DNA of 64,000 nt, taken from positions 1,728,001 through 1,792,000 of the forward strand of contig OZ251997.1 in the NCBI GenBank assembly GCA_965247095.1. Reading direction: 5' to 3'. Every line of letters begins with the position of its first letter. Position 1 is the stretch's first letter. Source of the stretch: Candidatus Multivorans sp. (GTDB taxonomy: Bacteria; Acidobacteriota; Thermoanaerobaculia; Multivoradales; Multivoraceae). Positions 10,432-20,490 of the stretch are shown in pieces. The position numbers and the translations under genes were made by a program. The notes beneath the pieces are model-generated. The model had not been told where the DNA came from and made no database searches. It worked only from the letters and a program-made list of their open reading frames with translations.

Positions 10432-11730
10432 GTGGCCGCTCCGGGCTCCTCATCCAAGCTCGCCCTGCTGGGCGGAAACCCTGTCCGCACCGAGCCCTGG
10501 CCACAGTGGCCGGCGCGAGGACCGGAGGAGGAACAGGCGGTTACCGCGGCTCTACGTGACGGTGACTGGGGCGGCTTCCCGCTTCCCAACGAGCGCGCCG
10601 AAGCCTTCGGCCGGGCGTTTGCAGCGCGCCACGACTGCGCCCACGCGCTGTGCGTCGCGAACGGCACGGTCTCGCTCGAAGTGGCGCTGCAAGCGATTGG
10701 CGTCGAGCCCGGCGCCGAAGTGATCGTTCCCGCCTACACCTTCGAGGCCACCGCTTCGGCGGCCCTGTTCGCCGGCTGCGTGCCCGTGTTCGCCGACATC
10801 GATCCGGACACCTGGTGCATCGACGTCGAGGCGGCGGAGGCCTTGGTCACGGAGCGCACCCAGGCGATCGTGCCGGTCCACCTGGCGATGACCGTCGCCG
10901 ACCTGGACGCGGTCGGAGCACTTGCCGAGCGGCACGGACTGGCAGTACTCGAGGACTGCGCCCACGCCCACGGCGCCCGCTGGCGCGGCCGCGGCGTCGG
11001 CTCCTGGGGTGACGCCGGCTCGTTCAGCTTCCAGAGCTCGAAGCTGATGACCGCCGGCGAGGGCGGCATCGTGACCACCTCGGACGAAGCGATCCTGGAC
11101 CGCCTGCACGCGCTGGTGAACTGCGGCCGGCAACGCCCGGGGGCCGCGGCGCCCGCCGCCGTGATCGGCCACAACTACCGGATGACCGACCTGCAGGCCG
11201 CGATCCTGGAAGTCCAGCTCGGACGGCTCGACCGCCAGCACGAAGTGCGCGCAGTGAACGCCCGGCGCCTCCACGCGGCGATCGAGGACATTCCGGGCCT
11301 CACCAATCTTCGGATCGACGAGCGGGTGACGACCCAGGCCACCTACCAGTTCGTGTTCCGGTTCGACGGCGAGGCCTTCGCCGGCATCGACCGCGACGTC
11401 TTCGTCGCCGCGCTCGAGGCCGAGGGCGTGCCGGCCGACGGCCGCTTCTACGAGGCATTGCCGAGGAGCGAACTGCTCCAACCTGACCCGGCCCGCTATC
11501 CGGCGTGGACGGCGGCGCTGGCTGCCGCGCCGCCCGCGGACTGCCCGAACGCCGAGCGCGCCGCGTACCGCGAATCCGTCTGGCTACCCCACCAGCTCCT
11601 GCTGGGCACGGTCGACGATGTGGACGACATCGTCGAAGCGGTGCTCAAGGTGCAGAACGGCGCCGCCGGTCTGGCCGGTGTCGAGGCCGCCGAGATCGAA
11701 CGGCGCCGGCAGGCAAGATCGGCGCGGTAG
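10432..11730 (+). CDS. DegT/DnrJ/EryC1/StrS PLP aminotransferase (aminocyclitol/AHBA-synthase-like clade)
   Basis: LALLGGNPVR..WPQWP, NGTVSL, EDCAHAHG and SFQSSKLMTAGEGG. Confidence 0.88.
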   Translation: MAAPGSSSKLALLGGNPVRTEPWPQWPARGPEEEQAVTAALRDGDWGGFPLPNERAEAFGRAFAARHDCAHALCVANGTVSLEVALQAIGVEPGAEVIVPAYTFEATASAALFAGCVPVFADIDPDTWCIDVEAAEALVTERTQAIVPVHLAMTVADLDAVGALAERHGLAVLEDCAHAHGARWRGRGVGSWGDAGSFSFQSSKLMTAGEGGIVTTSDEAILDRLHALVNCGRQRPGAAAPAAVIGHNYRMTDLQAAILEVQLGRLDRQHEVRAVNARRLHAAIEDIPGLTNLRIDERVTTQATYQFVFRFDGEAFAGIDRDVFVAALEAEGVPADGRFYEALPRSELLQPDPARYPAWTAALAAAPPADCPNAERAAYRESVWLPHQLLLGTVDDVDDIVEAVLKVQNGAAGLAGVEAAEIERRRQARSAR

Positions 11731-11750
11731 CCCGCTTCGCTGCTGCCGGA

Positions 11751-11813
11751 TGCGGGCGAGACGCCCGCGTTCCCAGGGATCGCGCATGCCGGCCAGAAGG
11801 CCGGTGCACCCAG
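11751..11813. repeat. Two tandem REP-like short palindromes between convergent genes
   Basis: tGCGGGCGagaCGCCCGCgttcccag and tgCCGGCCagaaGGCCGGtgcacccag: GC hairpins sharing a CCCAG tail. Confidence 0.55.
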
Positions 11814-11854
11814 TAGGGCGGGATCTGACCTCAACCCGGGCCGGCGATGGCTCG

Positions 11855-13123
11855 CTACGCCCAGGTCAGCGTGCTGGTGCTCTGGCCGAAGGCGTCCGTC
11901 TCGACACCCATGGTCTGCAGCATGGTCACGAACAGGTTGCAAAGCGGTGCGTTGTGATCGCCATCGTGGACGATGTGCCTGCCGTGGCTGTAGCCGCCTC
12001 CGGCGACCAGGATCGGCAGATCCCTGGGCTCGTGCGAGTTCGCGTTGCCGAGGTTGCTGCCGAACAGGACCGTGGTCTGGTCGAGGAGCGAACCGTTCCC
12101 GTCGCTGCGCTCGCCCAAGTCGCTCAACAGGTCGGAGAAGCTTTCGACGATCCCGGTCTCGATTCTCTTGAGCTGCGCGATCTTCGACGGGTCCTGGCCG
12201 TGATGCGACAGGCTGTGCTGGTCGAAGTTCACGCCCGGAACGTCGATCACGACCCCGTGATCCTGGATCATCAGGCTGATGACCCGGGACGAGTCGGTCT
12301 CGAGGATCAGCGGAATCAACCGGAGCATCAGCTTGACGCGGCCGATCAGGTCGGAGCGGGAGGGGATGTCGGTGGGCGGCTGCGCGTCGACCAACGGCTT
12401 CGGCTTCTGCTGCCAGGCCTGGACTTCGGCGAGGTCCAGTTCGGCGGTCCGCACCGCGTTGTAGTACGCGTCCAGCTTCGTCTGATCGGCCAGGCTCACG
12501 CGCCGGCGCAGCGACGCGGTCTGCGACTTGAGACGGTCCAGGATGCTGCCGCCGTCGTTCAGGCTCTGCTTCTCCCGTTCGACTTCCTCCGGCGTGCCTT
12601 GCAGGAACAACTGGCGGAACAGGTTCTCCGGGCTGGTCTCCGCCGTCACCATGGCGCCGCTGCTCGTGTAGGACTGACTCTGCGGCGAAGCGGTACCCAG
12701 CACGACCGAAGGGAACCGGGTCGTGTACCCGAGGTGGCTGGCGGCCACCTGGTCCACCGAGATGGTGTTACGGAACCCGTCCATGCCAGGACGCCGGGCC
12801 GCGGTCAGGAACGTGACCTCCGAGTTGTGCGGCTGCCGGCCCGTCTGGTCCTCGTGCGAGAAGCCGGTGAACAGGGTGTAGTTCTGCCGGTGCTTCTCGA
12901 GCAGCGACAGGTACTCCGTCGTCTCGTAGCCGGCGCCGGCGGTCTTGGGGAACCAGGCCTCGCGGTAGAGCCCGAGCGTATTGCAGATATTGACCATCCG
13001 ACGCGGCCCGGTGGCCGCGGCATGGGCCAGCGTCGGGGTCATCGACTCGAGCATGGGCAACGCGAGCGCCACGCCCGAAGCACGCAGGAAGGTGCGGCGG
13101 TCGAGGGGTCGGGTCAGGTTCAT
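11855..13123 (-). CDS. DUF1552-family protein with Tat-like signal
   Basis: RRTFLRASGVALALP, ISVDQVAA, HSLSHH, GSNLGNANSH and PLCNLFVTMLQ. The real start is ATG 13123, not the longer ORF start. Confidence 0.88.
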   Translation of the reverse strand: MNLTRPLDRRTFLRASGVALALPMLESMTPTLAHAAATGPRRMVNICNTLGLYREAWFPKTAGAGYETTEYLSLLEKHRQNYTLFTGFSHEDQTGRQPHNSEVTFLTAARRPGMDGFRNTISVDQVAASHLGYTTRFPSVVLGTASPQSQSYTSSGAMVTAETSPENLFRQLFLQGTPEEVEREKQSLNDGGSILDRLKSQTASLRRRVSLADQTKLDAYYNAVRTAELDLAEVQAWQQKPKPLVDAQPPTDIPSRSDLIGRVKLMLRLIPLILETDSSRVISLMIQDHGVVIDVPGVNFDQHSLSHHGQDPSKIAQLKRIETGIVESFSDLLSDLGERSDGNGSLLDQTTVLFGSNLGNANSHEPRDLPILVAGGGYSHGRHIVHDGDHNAPLCNLFVTMLQTMGVETDAFGQSTSTLTWA

Positions 13124-13125
13124 GG

Positions 13126-15567
13126 CTACCTCGTCCTGAAGAGGTCGCTCCGCGTGACCTCGTGAATCATCGTCCTGAGCGGATACCGGTCGTCGCCGAG
13201 CTTCGCCACCACCCGCTCCACATCGTCCCGGTCCGCGAACTCGATCTCGGCGCCGGTCGAGTACACGAGGAGCTGGGACACGAGGTGGCGCGCCACCTGC
13301 TCCACGTCCCTGCCGAGCAGCCGCTTGTACTCCTCGAACCCGGTGAAGGGCTCGCCATCGGCCGTAACGCCGGTGGAGTCGACCGGGAGTCCCTGCTTGT
13401 AAGGCAACGGGTAGCTGAACCCTTCCGGGGTCGTGGCTTCGCCGCCAGCCGCCCGATAGCGGGTGCGGAAGCCGCCGATCGGGTCGAAGGACTCGAGTGC
13501 GAAACCGGGCGGATCGATCACCCGGTGACAACTGTTGCACACCGGCTCGTTGCGGTGCTTGGCCAACTGCTCCCGGATCGTCGTGGCGCCCCGCGTGTCC
13601 GGTTCGAGCGCGGTCACGCTCTCTGGCGGCGGCGGCGCCGGCTGTCCGAGCAGGTTCGCCAGCACGAAGTTGCCGCGCGGAATCGGCGAGGTGATCGTGC
13701 CGTTGGCCGTGACCTTGTGGATGCTCGCCTGGGTGATGAGCCCGCCGCGGGGGCTGTCCGCCGGCAGCGTCACCTTGCGCATGTGCTGCCCCTCGATCCC
13801 GGGCACGCCGTAGTGCTCGGCAAGCCGCCGGTTGAGAAAAGTGAAGTCGGCGTCGATCAGGCGGCCCACGCTGTGGTCTTCGGCGATCAGTTCGGCCAGG
13901 AACAGTTGCGTCTCCTGGGCCATAGCCTTCCCCAGGCGGTCGTCGTACTCGGGATAGAGGCTGGCGTCGGGACTCGTCGCATTCAACTCGTAGAGCCGGA
14001 ACGCCTGGCCCGCGAAGTCCTTGATGAATCGCTCCGACCTGGGATCGTCGAGCAGGCGGTCGACTTGAGCCGCGAAGGTGGCCGGATCGGAGAGGTTGCC
14101 GTCGCCCGCTGTGCCCAGCAGTTCGCCGTCCGGCATGCTCCGCCACAGGAAGTAGGAGAGGCGGGACGCCAGCGCCAAGTCGTCCAACCGTCCCGGATCC
14201 CCTGCCTGGAAAAGGAAGGGCGGCGCGCTGAGGATGGCGCGAAGCGGTACGCGGACGGCGTCGACGAAGGGTCGGCCATCCTCCAGCATCGGCTGGGCCA
14301 GGCTCGCGTAGGCCTCGAGTTCGCCCTCCATGAGGGGGCGCCGGAACGCGAGCGGCGCGAACCGGGCGACGATGTCGACGATGTGCTCGTAGGGCGCCTT
14401 CGTCAGGCGCAACCCGCCCTCGTCATCGAACTCGACCCCGACCAGGAGGTCGTGGGTGCTCGGCGGCGGCCACGACTCGAACAGCGGCCCCTCGATCGTC
14501 ATCGAGCGGAGCGCGATCCCCTCGCCCTTGTAGTTCTCGACCGTGTTCTCCGGGGCATAGTAGTTGGTGTAGTCGATTCGTTCCGCATCGGCCAGCGACG
14601 GTGCGAGGATGTCGTAAGGCCGCAGGTACGTCTCGACCTGAACCGTCCGGGGCGTCTCGCCGACCAGATCGTAGGAGAGGAGCATCTCCTCGAGCGCGGC
14701 GGCGGCCGCCTGTTTCGTTCCCCGGTAGAGCGTGAGCGTCACCGGCGTGTCGGCCTGATACGCCCACCCTTCGAGCGTGGCGCGATACCGGCCGGCATAG
14801 GGCACGTTGTAGCCCTCGGTCTCACTGTGCATCAGGTACGTCGCGCCGCCATCGAAGAACATGACCGCCGCATCGTCGAGCATCTTGATGATCCCGCCGC
14901 CCAGGATCTCCGCCTTGCTCATGTAGGTGAGGTAGGTCGAATCCGCGTAGGCGATCTCGCGCCGCCCGGTAGCAGGCCGCGGCCCGCTTTTGATCGCCTC
15001 GTCCAGCGCCCGGTCGGCGGCCTCGAGATAGCTCCGGATATGCATCGGCGACATGCTCTGGTTGGCCGCCACGGTGTCGAATCCGCCGGAGTCGGCCTCG
15101 GCCGGCAGGCCCTGGCTCAGCTCCATCGCCACCGCCTCGTCTACCTGGAGCAGATCCTGAATCGTGTAGGCGTACTCGAGCCTGGTCAGCCGGCGGAGCG
15201 GCACGCGCTGGCCGCCGCGGTTCTCGAGATTCGCGGAGGTCAGGGCGGTCTTGAGCGAGACGAGCGCCGCCTCGATCAGCTCGGCCTCAGGCTTGGGCGC
15301 CTCGGGAGGCGGCATCTCCCCGTTCGCCACCCGGTCGTGGATGCGCTGCCAGGTGCGGAACGTCGCGGCGTCCGAAAGGTCCTGGCTGAGACGGAGAATG
15401 CTGAGCGGCGTCGCGGTCCGGCCCCCGTGACACCGGATGCAGGAGCGGTCGACCAGGGGCGCCACGCCCTCGAAGAACGGTGCGGTCTCTGCCGGGCCTT
15501 GAGCCAGGGCGACCGGCACGAACACGAGGAGCGGGACGACAGCGGCCGCGAAACGCTTGGGGACCAT
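13126..15567 (-). CDS. DUF1592/1588/1587/1595/1585 protein with cytochrome c motifs
   Basis: Signal peptide, CIRCH, LRRLTRLEY, LASRLSYFLW, TSPIPRG, CNSCH and GFALESFDPIG; ATG 15567 with GGAG RBS. Confidence 0.88.
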   Translation of the reverse strand: MVPKRFAAAVVPLLVFVPVALAQGPAETAPFFEGVAPLVDRSCIRCHGGRTATPLSILRLSQDLSDAATFRTWQRIHDRVANGEMPPPEAPKPEAELIEAALVSLKTALTSANLENRGGQRVPLRRLTRLEYAYTIQDLLQVDEAVAMELSQGLPAEADSGGFDTVAANQSMSPMHIRSYLEAADRALDEAIKSGPRPATGRREIAYADSTYLTYMSKAEILGGGIIKMLDDAAVMFFDGGATYLMHSETEGYNVPYAGRYRATLEGWAYQADTPVTLTLYRGTKQAAAAALEEMLLSYDLVGETPRTVQVETYLRPYDILAPSLADAERIDYTNYYAPENTVENYKGEGIALRSMTIEGPLFESWPPPSTHDLLVGVEFDDEGGLRLTKAPYEHIVDIVARFAPLAFRRPLMEGELEAYASLAQPMLEDGRPFVDAVRVPLRAILSAPPFLFQAGDPGRLDDLALASRLSYFLWRSMPDGELLGTAGDGNLSDPATFAAQVDRLLDDPRSERFIKDFAGQAFRLYELNATSPDASLYPEYDDRLGKAMAQETQLFLAELIAEDHSVGRLIDADFTFLNRRLAEHYGVPGIEGQHMRKVTLPADSPRGGLITQASIHKVTANGTITSPIPRGNFVLANLLGQPAPPPPESVTALEPDTRGATTIREQLAKHRNEPVCNSCHRVIDPPGFALESFDPIGGFRTRYRAAGGEATTPEGFSYPLPYKQGLPVDSTGVTADGEPFTGFEEYKRLLGRDVEQVARHLVSQLLVYSTGAEIEFADRDDVERVVAKLGDDRYPLRTMIHEVTRSDLFRTR

Positions 15568-15683
15568 CGTTCTATTCTCCAGCTTTGGCACACTCCAGCT
15601 TCGGCCGCCGGACGGTCGGATCACAATCTCTGCTACGCGAACTTGACCCACGGAGTTTAGCAACAACCGGCCGTGTCCCCCGC

Positions 15684-17114
15684 TCACCGCCCGCGTGCCG
15701 GGGCGACGCCTCCCTCGAGCGGCAGCACGCCCCCGACGTGGTCCCGGATCCACTTCGCGTCGAACCACTCCAGCGGGTTGACGGGCAGGCCGCCGAGCAG
15801 CACGGCGAAGTGGAGATGGTCGCCGCCGGCCATGCCCGTCTGGCCGCTCAGGCCGAGCCGCTCGCCCGCCGCGACTCCCTGTCCCACTTCGACGTCGATC
15901 CGCGACAGGTGTGCATAGAGGGTCTGCAGGCCGTAGCCGTGGTCCACGATCACCGTGTTGCCGTAGATGCCGAGGTACTCCGCAAACACCGCGACGCCGG
16001 AGTTCGCCGCCGGCACCTCGTCCTGGAGTCTGGAGGCCAGATCGAAGCCAAGGTGATCCTGCGTGTCGACCACCCGGTCCTCATAGAGGTACTGCCTGCG
16101 GATCGCGAACCGGTCCATGACCTGGGTGTTCCGCATCTGCCGGAACGGTCCGCTCCAGAGCTGCCGTTTGGCGGAGTCGGATGCCACCTCGACCAGCCGT
16201 TCGGCGTTCATCGTCCGCAAGTCGCCGTTCAGCATCAGGTAGTTGTCGAGCAGGCTGCCGCGATCGGCAAGCTCCGGCGTCTCCGCCATGATCGCCGGCA
16301 CGACCCGGGCCATGAACGAGTCGCTCAGCCGGATCGTCGACGACAAGAGCGGCGACGGCTCCACCGCGCCCAGGAAGGGCGCCCTCGCCTCGTTGCCGAG
16401 TTCGTCCCGCGCCACCAGCCGGAAGGCCGATGGATCGGCGCTGTCGTAGGGCACGCCGAAAAGAACGAAACGGTCCCGAACAGTGCCTCCGGGAAGGAGA
16501 TAACCGGGGAACCAGTAGTCCCCGACCTCGACGCCGCTTTCCACAGCGCTCGCGCCGACGGTGTAGCGCAACACGCCGCTGCCGGACTGGGTTGGCGTCG
16601 CGGTCACGCCGACCGAACCGAGAGCCGGCGGGCGCAGACGGACCGGTAGCGAAAGCTCGACCACTGCCGGCGGCGGCCGCCGCAGCAACGTGCCCGGCCG
16701 CTCGACGGTGACCCGCACCGTGGCCTCGCCCTCCACCAGACTCGGCGTCGACTCGCGGCCGACTTCGACCTCGAGGACCGCCTCCCGGACCGGGTCGCCG
16801 CCGAAGGACCAGGAACTTGGGGGCGTGAGCGCTCTCTCTTCAAGCAGCAGCGATTCCCCGCCCTGGATCAGCTCGACCCGGATCGAGCCGAGGCCGCGGC
16901 CGCCGGCCCGCGCCACGGACGTCAGCATGGTGCGCGGACCGATTCCGGGGAGGTCGGCGGTGATCGTGACGTCCGGTTCCGGAGCGACCCGGAACCACAG
17001 CACCGCCGCGGCCGCGGCGAGCACAACGGCCCCGGCCGCCAGCGCGGCAGCCCAGGGCGACCGGCGGCCGCGCCCCGAACCCAGCCGGTCGGCTTCTCTC
17101 TCGCTGAGCGGCAA
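15684..17114 (-). CDS. Membrane-anchored M23 family metallopeptidase
   Basis: N-terminal TM helix; HLGFD, YGN, YAHLS and HLHF zinc motifs. Confidence 0.9.
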   Translation of the reverse strand: MPLSEREADRLGSGRGRRSPWAAALAAGAVVLAAAAAVLWFRVAPEPDVTITADLPGIGPRTMLTSVARAGGRGLGSIRVELIQGGESLLLEERALTPPSSWSFGGDPVREAVLEVEVGRESTPSLVEGEATVRVTVERPGTLLRRPPPAVVELSLPVRLRPPALGSVGVTATPTQSGSGVLRYTVGASAVESGVEVGDYWFPGYLLPGGTVRDRFVLFGVPYDSADPSAFRLVARDELGNEARAPFLGAVEPSPLLSSTIRLSDSFMARVVPAIMAETPELADRGSLLDNYLMLNGDLRTMNAERLVEVASDSAKRQLWSGPFRQMRNTQVMDRFAIRRQYLYEDRVVDTQDHLGFDLASRLQDEVPAANSGVAVFAEYLGIYGNTVIVDHGYGLQTLYAHLSRIDVEVGQGVAAGERLGLSGQTGMAGGDHLHFAVLLGGLPVNPLEWFDAKWIRDHVGGVLPLEGGVAPARGR

Positions 17115-17239
17115 GGTCTAGCGGTCCGTCAGCCGACCTGCAGCAGCTCGACCCAGTTAACGTCTACGCCCACAGCAGCCTCCTCCCGTCGTGGCAGCGC
17201 ATGTTATCCGCATGCGGGCTCAACCGCGCGAGAGACTGT

Positions 17240-17857
17240 TCAGGGGTTGAAGCGCCGCGACTCCCTATCCCTCTGCCGCGAAAGCACACCGCGAAACAGC
17301 AGGAACAGGCCAACCGCCATGACTGCGACGGGCCAGTAGTCAAGAACCTGATCCGCCCACTCCCAGTTCGGAAAGCCCGCGATCACCAGGACGCCGCCGG
17401 GAATCAGCGGCCACCAACGGTTCGTGCGCTCGTAGAGCAGGGAGACGACGTAGATCAGGAGGAACCCGACGCCGAGGCCGAAAGCGGCACTATCGTCGTC
17501 CGCGAACGGGCCTGAGTAGAGATCGTGGAACGCCAGACCCGACCCGAGCCCGATCAGGATCCCGCCCGGGATCAGGAATCCGTACGCCCTCTTGTAGAAG
17601 TAGCCCGCCGCGAAGACTCCGCCGACCAGAATCAGGAACAGGTGCTCGTGGGCCCCGTCGAGTCGCTCGAGCGCCAGCAAGGCGCCGCCCAGGACGATCA
17701 GGGCCAGACCGGCGGCGACCTGACCGGTGAGGCCGGGCCCGGCGTCTTCGACCGGCGGGGCCGGCGGGGCCGGCGGGTCGGCGCCCGGCGGCGCCGATCC
17801 GGACTCAGTCTGTGCGGGGGTTGCCGTTGTTTCGTGGTTCATCTCGTCGTGTTCCAT
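17240..17857 (-). CDS. Integral membrane protein (LiaF/LiaI-like TM domain)
   Basis: Pro-rich N-terminus then about 6 hydrophobic helices (GLALIVLG, WWPLIPGG, YWPV); strong AGGAGG RBS. Confidence 0.7.
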   Translation of the reverse strand: MEHDEMNHETTATPAQTESGSAPPGADPPAPPAPPVEDAGPGLTGQVAAGLALIVLGGALLALERLDGAHEHLFLILVGGVFAAGYFYKRAYGFLIPGGILIGLGSGLAFHDLYSGPFADDDSAAFGLGVGFLLIYVVSLLYERTNRWWPLIPGGVLVIAGFPNWEWADQVLDYWPVAVMAVGLFLLFRGVLSRQRDRESRRFNP

Positions 17858-17953
17858 CACGTGGTTCCTCCCCTCCTTCATGCACTCTACGCAGCGGAGG
17901 GCCTCGAGGTTCCAGGACAGCGAGCGAAGAACTCCGGCTGCTACGCTAGCTCC

Positions 17954-18685
17954 ATGCCTGTCTTCGAGCGGGACGAAGTCCGAATTCATTGGTCCGAGGT
18001 CGGCGCCGGCTACCCGGTGCTCCTGTTTGCGCCCGGCGGCATGCGCTCCGTCGCCGACATCTGGGGAACCAGCCCATTCGACCCCCGCCGCGAGCTGGCG
18101 CAGTCCTTCCGGGTCATCTCGATGGACCAACGCAATGCCCGCAAATCGACCGCGCCGGTGACAGCCGCCGACGGCTGGCATACCTACGCCGCCGACCATC
18201 TGGCGCTGCTCGATCATCTGGGTATCGAGACGTGCCACCTGATGGGCGGTTGCATCGGCTCCTCGTACTGCCTGGGCGTGCTTGAGGCCGATGCCTCGCG
18301 GGTCAGCGCCGCGGTGCTCCAGAACCCGATCGGCCACCACGAGAACCAGGATCTGTTCTACGCCATGTTCGACACCTGGGCCGAGGCGCTCACAGGCGAG
18401 CGCGACGACGTGGACGTGGAGTCCCTGCCACCGTTCCGCGAACGCATGTACGGCGGCGACTTCACCTTCAACGTCGATCGCGACTTCGTCGCCGGCATCG
18501 AGACGCCGCTCCTGATCCTGGCCGGAAACGACGCCTACCACCCTCGCCCGGTGGCCGAGGAGATCGCCTCGCTGGCGCCGAACAACGAGCTGATCCTCGA
18601 GTGGAAGAGTGACGACGCGGCGCCGGCAGCCGCGGCGAAGGTCAGAGCTTTCCTCGAACGCCACACGCCCCAGAGCCCGAGTTGA
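17954..18685 (+). CDS. Alpha/beta hydrolase
   Basis: G.GYPVLLFAPGG, MDQRNA, GGCIG (Cys at the nucleophile elbow) and GNDAYHP. Confidence 0.8.
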   Translation: MPVFERDEVRIHWSEVGAGYPVLLFAPGGMRSVADIWGTSPFDPRRELAQSFRVISMDQRNARKSTAPVTAADGWHTYAADHLALLDHLGIETCHLMGGCIGSSYCLGVLEADASRVSAAVLQNPIGHHENQDLFYAMFDTWAEALTGERDDVDVESLPPFRERMYGGDFTFNVDRDFVAGIETPLLILAGNDAYHPRPVAEEIASLAPNNELILEWKSDDAAPAAAAKVRAFLERHTPQSPS

Positions 18686-20490
18686 ACATGATCGGAGCAA
18701 CTCTCTTCGGCCTGCTGCTGGTCCTCGGCGCTCCACCGCAACCGTCTGCTGTGCCCGAAGCCCTGCAGGACGCTCCGGTCGGCCGCGGCGTCGGCGACCT
18801 GAGCGACGTGGTGGAAGTCACCGTGGTCAACGTGGACATCGTCGCCACCGACCGCAACGGGCGACCGGCCCGCGATCTGACGCGCCAGAACTTCCGCGTC
18901 TTCGACAACGACAAGCCGGTCGAGATCGACTACTTCGGGCGCGGCGGCGGCGGCGGCGGCGGTCCTGCCGCCATGGAGCTGCTGCACGAACCCCTGTCGA
19001 TCGCCTTCTTCTTCGACAACACGCACCTCTCGGTCGCCAGCCGCTCCGCGGTCCTCGACCAGATCAAGGCCTTCGCCCGCGGTCAGCTCGAGGCGGGCGG
19101 CGACGGCGCCCCCGTCCATGCCATGGTCGTCGCCTTCGACGGCGAGCTGCGGCTGCTCCAGGACCTGACGACCGACTACTTCGCCCTGGCCCAGGGCTTG
19201 AACCGGGCCGAAGCCGCGCACCAGGTCTTCACCGAAGCTCGGAACCTGAAGCGGCGATCCCAGGAGAGCTTCCTGCAGTTGATGGAGCAACTGAACTCCG
19301 ACCCCCGGCGCTCGGCCGGCAGCATCGGCGCGCTGCGGGCAACGCTCTCCGAGATGCTTGCGTACGCCAGGGTCGTCCAGGAGGACAGTGCCCGCACCGC
19401 AGGCGCGATCGAGGACATCGTGGACTCCCTGGCGCTGGTCCCCGGGCGCAAGGCCTTCTTCCTGATCAGCGACGGCTTTGCGGCGCGCCCCTTCGACCGC
19501 CTCTTGCAGAACATCCAGAAACGCGTTGCCGGCCGACGCGAACAGACCGGCATCGAGTTGATGGAAAGCCGCTCCGTCGACGCCCCGGAGGGCTTTGACG
19601 CCCCGAACAACCTCTACACCCGGAACTCGAACATTCAGGGCACAGCGGCCCTCACAACCACTTCCTTCCAGCAGCATCTTTCCAACTTCGACCTCAGCTC
19701 CCGCTTTTCCGAGATCGCCGCCCGCGCGAACTCGCACCGGGTCTCCTTCTACGCCTTCAAGCCTCCCGAGACCGAGGTGGCCACGGCGTCGCTCTCCGAA
19801 AGAGTGGTCGATCAGCAGAGACTGACGTACCTGTCCGATCTGCGCGGCGTGCTGCACCAACTCGCCGACGACACCGGCGGCCGCGCCTGGGTTTCGGGGC
19901 GCAACGTGGACGCGTTCTTCGACCAGGCGGCGGCCGATCTGCGCTCTTACTACTCGCTCGGCTACGTGCTCGACGAGTTCATCGAAGGCTCCATACACCA
20001 GGTCCGCGTCAAACCGCAGCCGCGGCACCTGCGCCTCAGGCACCGCACCAGCTACATCGCGCGGTCGCTCCGCGAGCGGATCGCCGAACGGACGATCGGC
20101 GCCCTCCTGCTGGGCTGGACCGAGAATCCCCACGGATTGCACATCGACAGCATCGAGTGGGACACCGGAGGAGGCGGTTTCTACGACGTCGATTTCACGG
20201 TCTCCGTACCCCTCGACAAGCTGGCGATGATCGAACAGGGCGGCAATCGCACCGACCAGGTACGGGTCGTCGCCACCGTACTGACCGAGGACGGCGAGCA
20301 ACTGGCCCCCAGCCACATCGTCCTGCCCCTGACCATCCCCGGCGGGGACTGGGCGCAGGCGAAGGACCAGTTCTTCGCCGTCAACTTCGAGTACCCGATC
20401 CCCCGCGGCCACCACCGCGTTGCCATCGGTCTCTGGGACGAGAACGGCGGCAGCGGCTCGTACATCCGCCGGGAATTCGATGTCCGCTGA
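18682..20490 (+). CDS. Secreted VWA-domain protein, Acidobacteria VWFA type
   Basis: Signal peptide; VVNVDIVATDRNG, PGRKAFFLISDG, LADDTGG and SYYSLGY. Confidence 0.82.
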   Translation: MNMIGATLFGLLLVLGAPPQPSAVPEALQDAPVGRGVGDLSDVVEVTVVNVDIVATDRNGRPARDLTRQNFRVFDNDKPVEIDYFGRGGGGGGGPAAMELLHEPLSIAFFFDNTHLSVASRSAVLDQIKAFARGQLEAGGDGAPVHAMVVAFDGELRLLQDLTTDYFALAQGLNRAEAAHQVFTEARNLKRRSQESFLQLMEQLNSDPRRSAGSIGALRATLSEMLAYARVVQEDSARTAGAIEDIVDSLALVPGRKAFFLISDGFAARPFDRLLQNIQKRVAGRREQTGIELMESRSVDAPEGFDAPNNLYTRNSNIQGTAALTTTSFQQHLSNFDLSSRFSEIAARANSHRVSFYAFKPPETEVATASLSERVVDQQRLTYLSDLRGVLHQLADDTGGRAWVSGRNVDAFFDQAAADLRSYYSLGYVLDEFIEGSIHQVRVKPQPRHLRLRHRTSYIARSLRERIAERTIGALLLGWTENPHGLHIDSIEWDTGGGGFYDVDFTVSVPLDKLAMIEQGGNRTDQVRVVATVLTEDGEQLAPSHIVLPLTIPGGDWAQAKDQFFAVNFEYPIPRGHHRVAIGLWDENGGSGSYIRREFDVR

